In this document: positions 59,272 through 64,000 of the stretch, in pieces
Position numbering within the stretch: position 1 is the stretch's first letter
Layout of the letters: each line of letters begins with the position of its first letter
Assembly (NCBI GenBank): GCA_001643675.2
Contig: LSRY02000014.1
Span: forward strand, 1,054,001-1,118,000
Origin: Monocercomonoides exilis PA203
Lineage: Eukaryota > Protista > Preaxostyla
Direction of reading: 5' to 3'
DNA: 64,000 nt
Notes under the pieces: generated by a model
Database searches by the model: none
Seen by the model: the letters and a program-made list of their open reading frames with translations, nothing else
What the model was told of the DNA's origin: nothing
Position numbers and translations under genes: made by a program

Positions 59272-62200
59272 TTACATTTGAAGCTTTGGGCCCCTTTGTA
59301 ACATCTCATTAACTAAATAATTGTACATTCTTTCATTTACATATTTCGCCTTTGTTGGTATTGTTCCCTTCATCAGCCAGAAAGGTTCAATATTTCTGTC
59401 CTGAGGGAATGTTTCCAGAAGATCTCTTATTCCTGTCTCTTCCAAATCATCTTCAAGTCTGCAATAGAGCAGCGTTCCCGTGTCATCTTTCTTTTCAACT
59501 TCCTCTTCATCTTCTGCAAAATCCAGCAACTCCAATGTTGTATCATCTTGTGAAACAATCGAAGCGTAAGATTTTGGAAGGCACGTATCTACTTCCAAAG
59601 CAGAGATCCCTTCCCACTTTCTGCCAAATTCAAATTTGAATAAGAACTTTTCATAATTTTCTCTATTTTTCTTTTCTTGTATTGCTTCGTTAGCAGTCAC
59701 CGCCAACTCAAGGCGAAGCTTGCGCGATGGTAAGGAGAAGAGGACGGCAGCTTCGCGAATTCGAATAATTCCGTGAATGAGCAGCCACGGAGAACAAGGC
59801 GACAAGTTCACCATCCACTTCAGCAAGCTCGTCACGTAGCCCATCTCAAACGCATACGGAAGCTCTTTGACAACGTTTAAAAGAACCAATGTCACAACCA
59901 TATATATTGCAATTGGCACAGACTCCAAAGAAGATGGATAGAAATGTTTGTTCTCTGAATAGCCAACTGAATCAGCGGCGCACACTGGAAAGCGGAATGA
60001 GAATTTGGACATAAGAAATCCGAAAACTGGACGGAGGATAATTTCATCTGCGTAATTCTTGTGTGAAGCGATTGCAGACAGAAGACAACTCACGTTGTGT
60101 CTGAAGCGATAAGCTATAAACGAATAATGAAGTTGCTGAGAACGCTGATTGATTTCTTCACAGTTACGTTTGGTGAACTGCGATAAGCAATACCTACTGT
60201 TAAAAGTTGGAAAGAAGAAAGTTGTCGAAGCTTCTATTAGCAAGAGAGCATCCATGTAATTTTCATACGCAATAGTGAAATCGCTTCCTGCCAGGCAATT
60301 GTTAAGTGAAGGTTTCAAAGCAGTCAAACAAAAATCGTTTGGAAATGCTATGTATTTTTCATTTAAGCTGAACTCGTCTTTTTCTGAATTGCACGATAAT
60401 TCTGTTGATGATTGTGCAAGTAATGAATCATTAGATTTAACTCCAGTCATCTCCTTCTCGATCAAGTGGAGATCAGATGCAATCTGCTCTTCAACAGAAG
60501 GCAAACAACGAAAGAACAGTGAATCTGGCATCATCGCAAATATCAGTTCAATGCAGCTGCCAGCCAAAGTGTAAAAACGTTTAAATGGAAAACTACAAAT
60601 GAACATAACATGGCAATTAAACGTGTAGCATGTTCAAAGAAAGAATAAGTAGAAAAATAAATGAGAATCTATTTTCTTTCGAAATTGAAAAAAGCACACT
60701 TCATTAGACGATTCAAGCGATCAAATAGCGTTGCAAATATAAGTTCTGGAATTAATTGTAAGTTAATAATATATTTCTCGGTATCTGAGAAGAAAAGAAG
60801 CAAAATATATACACACAAAAATTTAAAGTTTTAATAAAATTATAAAATTAACAAAGTCAAATTTAAAAAAAAAAACATGACATTCAAAGAGATATTGCTT
60901 CGCATTGAAAAAGAAAAACAGCAAATAAAACATTAGTTTTGGTTATAAATGTCACACATATTTTTTTCAAGAAATGTGCAGTCATCAAAAGAGTTTCCTG
61001 AACCTGCTCTATGGTTTCAGTTGTATCACATGCAGTCAAAGGGATGCTCCTCTTGCAAGCATCATAACCTTCAATATTTGTTATTGCATCAGCGTCGGAG
61101 CAGTCTTGATCTTCGTCTCCGGCTTTCTCCTTTCCATCTTCTGTTTTATCATTTATTTTGTCTGATGAAATTTCAGCCTTTGTTTTGCTTTTCTTCTTTG
61201 CCATTTCCTTTTCCAGTTCTTCTTTGTTCTTTTCTTCTTCTATTTCCAAACTTGCTTTGCCTTTAAGTTCTTTTGTTTTCTGATGCAGATACTCATCTTC
61301 AGCTCCATCTGGCAGCTTCAACCCTTCTGACAGCAATGTCAGTAGTCTCTTTGGAACATAAAGCAGCAATGAGCCATTGTCGAAAGAAATACTCACACGG
61401 ACTGCTTCAAGTCGAATCTTCAGAGGGAGGCGAACGTGTTCCTCATTGCCGATGTCTCCATAACACTGTTCTGTAGCTGACAATGGATCAGAAGCGGAAA
61501 ACGATGAGATATTCGATTTATCATCTTCAATAGTTATAAATTCTTCTTGTTCATCAGATATCTCCATTTTTTGATTCTTCTGCTTTCGTTTTGAGTCTTT
61601 GTTTTTTTTGCTGTTGTTCTTTGTTTGAGTTGCTGTCTTCTTCTTTGATTGTGTTTCCCTTGTCTTCTTTCTTCGAGTCATTTCGCTTCCGTCGTCATTT
61701 GAAAAGTATTTTGAAATAAATTCTTCCTCGTCGTGCGTCCTGCAATAACAGAAAAAGTCTTGATATTCTTTTTTGTTCTTCTCGTAAAGCAGACCTCTTG
61801 TTCGTAATCCCAAAGCAATTTCAAGAAGTTCAATTTCAAAATCGCAGTCTCTTAGTTTCACCATTACGTGCAAATTAAGTTTCGTCTCTAAATGATTGAC
61901 TTTCGTAATGCTGTGCAATACTGCCTCAAGTGCGAAATGTAGCCCTTCAAACGAATTACATCGAGCTAAAATTCTTCTAACACCGTCAAACAATCCATGA
62001 TCAGCAATTGATTTAAATTCCCCCTTTTCTGCTAATCTAACTAAGTGAAATAGTATTTCCCCCAAAACGCTCAAAGTTTCATCGCTTTCAGAAGAACGAA
62101 TTTGGTTTATAACTGAAGAAATCAGCATTCCATCTTTTATCATATTATGAAGCAAAGGTGACGTGGAATAATGCGAAACTCCAGTAATCCTTTCCGAAGC

Positions 62201-62485
62201 AAACTTGTAATGAAGCAAGGATCGCTCTCTCATGTTCGTTGATACGATTTTTTGTTTCAAAGCGTTAAAGTTGTCTGAATATGATTTTGGATTAAAAATA
62301 ATCTCTAAAATCGATGCAAAAACTCTCGTCTCTTCTTCGTTATTTGTAGAATTAAAAACTCTGATGCAAGCTTTTATCAAAGAGTGCAAAATGCCCGCAG
62401 GAACCACATCCATTTTCCCTTTGTATTTCACGATGATGTCATGAATTTCATTTGAACTTTTAAGCAAATTCTGATGCTTAGTCAT
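59272..62485 (-). CDS. Hypothetical protein, multi-exon (main exons ~62485-60930 and ~60600-59272)
   Basis: Two long collinear ORFs (545 and 444 aa) separated by an AT-rich gap. C-terminal LEDDLEETGIRDLLE resembles the EEEG motif of other ARM-like proteins here. Confidence 0.6.
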
Positions 62486-63249
62486 TGTTGTTATGCTGCT
62501 AAAGAATAAAATCAATTTCAATTGGGAAAGCGCGCAAACGTCAATTTATTTGTCAATTCCTCCAATCTTTCAATAGCTGTTGAAAAACAAGAAAAAATGG
62601 AAATCAATGTAAGAAAGACAATAATTGCCAACATTTGCTTTTCTCTTCATTCATTTTTTTGTTCTGTCGCATTCAAATTCAAACAGCATGAAAAAAAGCA
62701 ATTTTTGAAAAAAATAAAAAATGAAGGCAAATTGCGAATTTCTCGCATGAAAATATATATTAATGAAATAAAAATTAATTATTGAAATTGCCATAAACCC
62801 CTGCAACCAATTTTATAACTTTTCCTTTGCTTAATCTTGACGCTATAATTTTCATTTTCTTCAAATATTTTGTTTATGGGATGCAGATTCTTTTAAATAT
62901 TTTGAGTTTGACTTTTTTAAGAGTTGTTTTCTCAAAAAAAGTTATTTTCTTTTTTTGAATTTTATCCAGCCAGAACCGTTTCAGTGAATTATTTTTTTTC
63001 TTCAATGGATAATGAAAGAATCAGAATTGTTTTGAAATAATAAACTTCTGAATTGTTAAAATGAATCTCATTTTGTAGATTGTCCTTTAAATATGCATCT
63101 TGTTATTCTTCAAAATAGCGATTGAACGGCGAAGGATTCTCACCTAAAAAAAATCAATTTTTGAAACATACTTAAACTTTGAACAATTCAATAAAACAAA
63201 AATTTGCATATACATAACATAAAAGGCTCTAATATTTCGAAAAAAAAAA

Positions 63250-63299
<50 letters not shown>

Positions 63300-63768
63300 T
63301 TTAAAAAAAATCATCTTCGCTAGAAAATAATTGTCACACTAAAATTGAAAGATGTTAAATAATTCATGAATCGAAAAAATGAAAAGCGACAAAAATTTGT
63401 GAAATTGAAATTTTTGATTCCTTGAAGAATATGATCAACGGGGCAGGATTTGCAGTTTCATCAATTATTTTCGATCAAATAAAAATCATAATTAAATTTT
63501 AATAACATAATTAATCCACAAGTGTTTTCGAAAAAAACATTATTTTTTATGACAATACATATACAACAATCATATATAGACATATGCATACACACGAAAT
63601 TAAAAAATGAGCACTATTATTATTAATTGAAGAGCAATGAATAAACACAACAAAATTTCCAAAAAATAAATTGATAAATACTTGAACTTTGTTCAACAAA
63701 AGATTAAACATTCTTTCTTTTTCATTCATCACAGAAATTACTGTAGTTGTATTTGTATCTTCCCCTTC

Positions 63769-64000
63769 CTATTCACCTTCATCGCCATTCTTAACATCAT
63801 TGCCATTATTATTATCATCAACCATGCTTCTTTCCTCTCTCCCCCTGTGTCCATTTCTGGTATCCGCCTCTTTCAGGTCAATCGCATCTGACACTGTGAG
63901 AATCTTCGCCTCTGCTGGGAAATGCTCAAAAAACTCCTTTTTCAGCTCGCTCAGCATAGGCCTCCCCTCCCGCCCAGGCGAAAGGCATACTCTAATCAGG
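63769..64000 (-). CDS. 3' end of another receptor-like pseudokinase family member (truncated by the window)
   Basis: RPMLSELKKEFFEHFPAEAKILTVSDAI aligns with RPTLNEMKREFYGHFPAGAVIVTMSDAI at the end of the 3028-aa protein. Confidence 0.8.
   Translation of the reverse strand, partial: LIRVCLSPGREGRPMLSELKKEFFEHFPAEAKILTVSDAIDLKEADTRNGHRGREERSMVDDNNNGNDVKNGDEGE

Overview
AT-rich eukaryotic genomic DNA with short GT-AG introns and the standard genetic code. The gene content points to an anaerobic metamonad protist, most likely the oxymonad Monocercomonoides (inference): bacterial-type adhE and rubrerythrin, a giant beta-helix/TM/pseudokinase protein, and an 'EKMIIEE..LLVDLCECYLLL' family protein. 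Host genes: adhE (5'-truncated), a TM-DnaJ protein, tRNA-Lys(CTT), tRNA-Asp(GTC), an F-box/TPR protein, ARM-like proteins, a 3028-aa receptor-like pseudokinase, rubrerythrin, a DHHC palmitoyltransferase, a Ser-rich protein, and endonuclease III (NTH1). Main finding: three related PIF/Harbinger-superfamily (PHIS) DNA transposons (one with an intact transposase, two non-autonomous) are stacked head-to-tail in one orientation, joined by 3-bp ANT triplets, and end 11 bp upstream of tRNA-Asp, directly against a TTCAACAA leader that tRNA-Lys also has. This suggests a tRNA-gene (Pol III start site)-targeting DNA transposon that builds tandem arrays. An intact Fot1/pogo DD35D element with a nested MITE abuts the array. 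At 33-42.6 kb, two different Pack-type non-autonomous elements (8-bp TSDs) carry host gene fragments, and each is nested in a copy of the same small MITE family. All alignments and splice models were made by eye.
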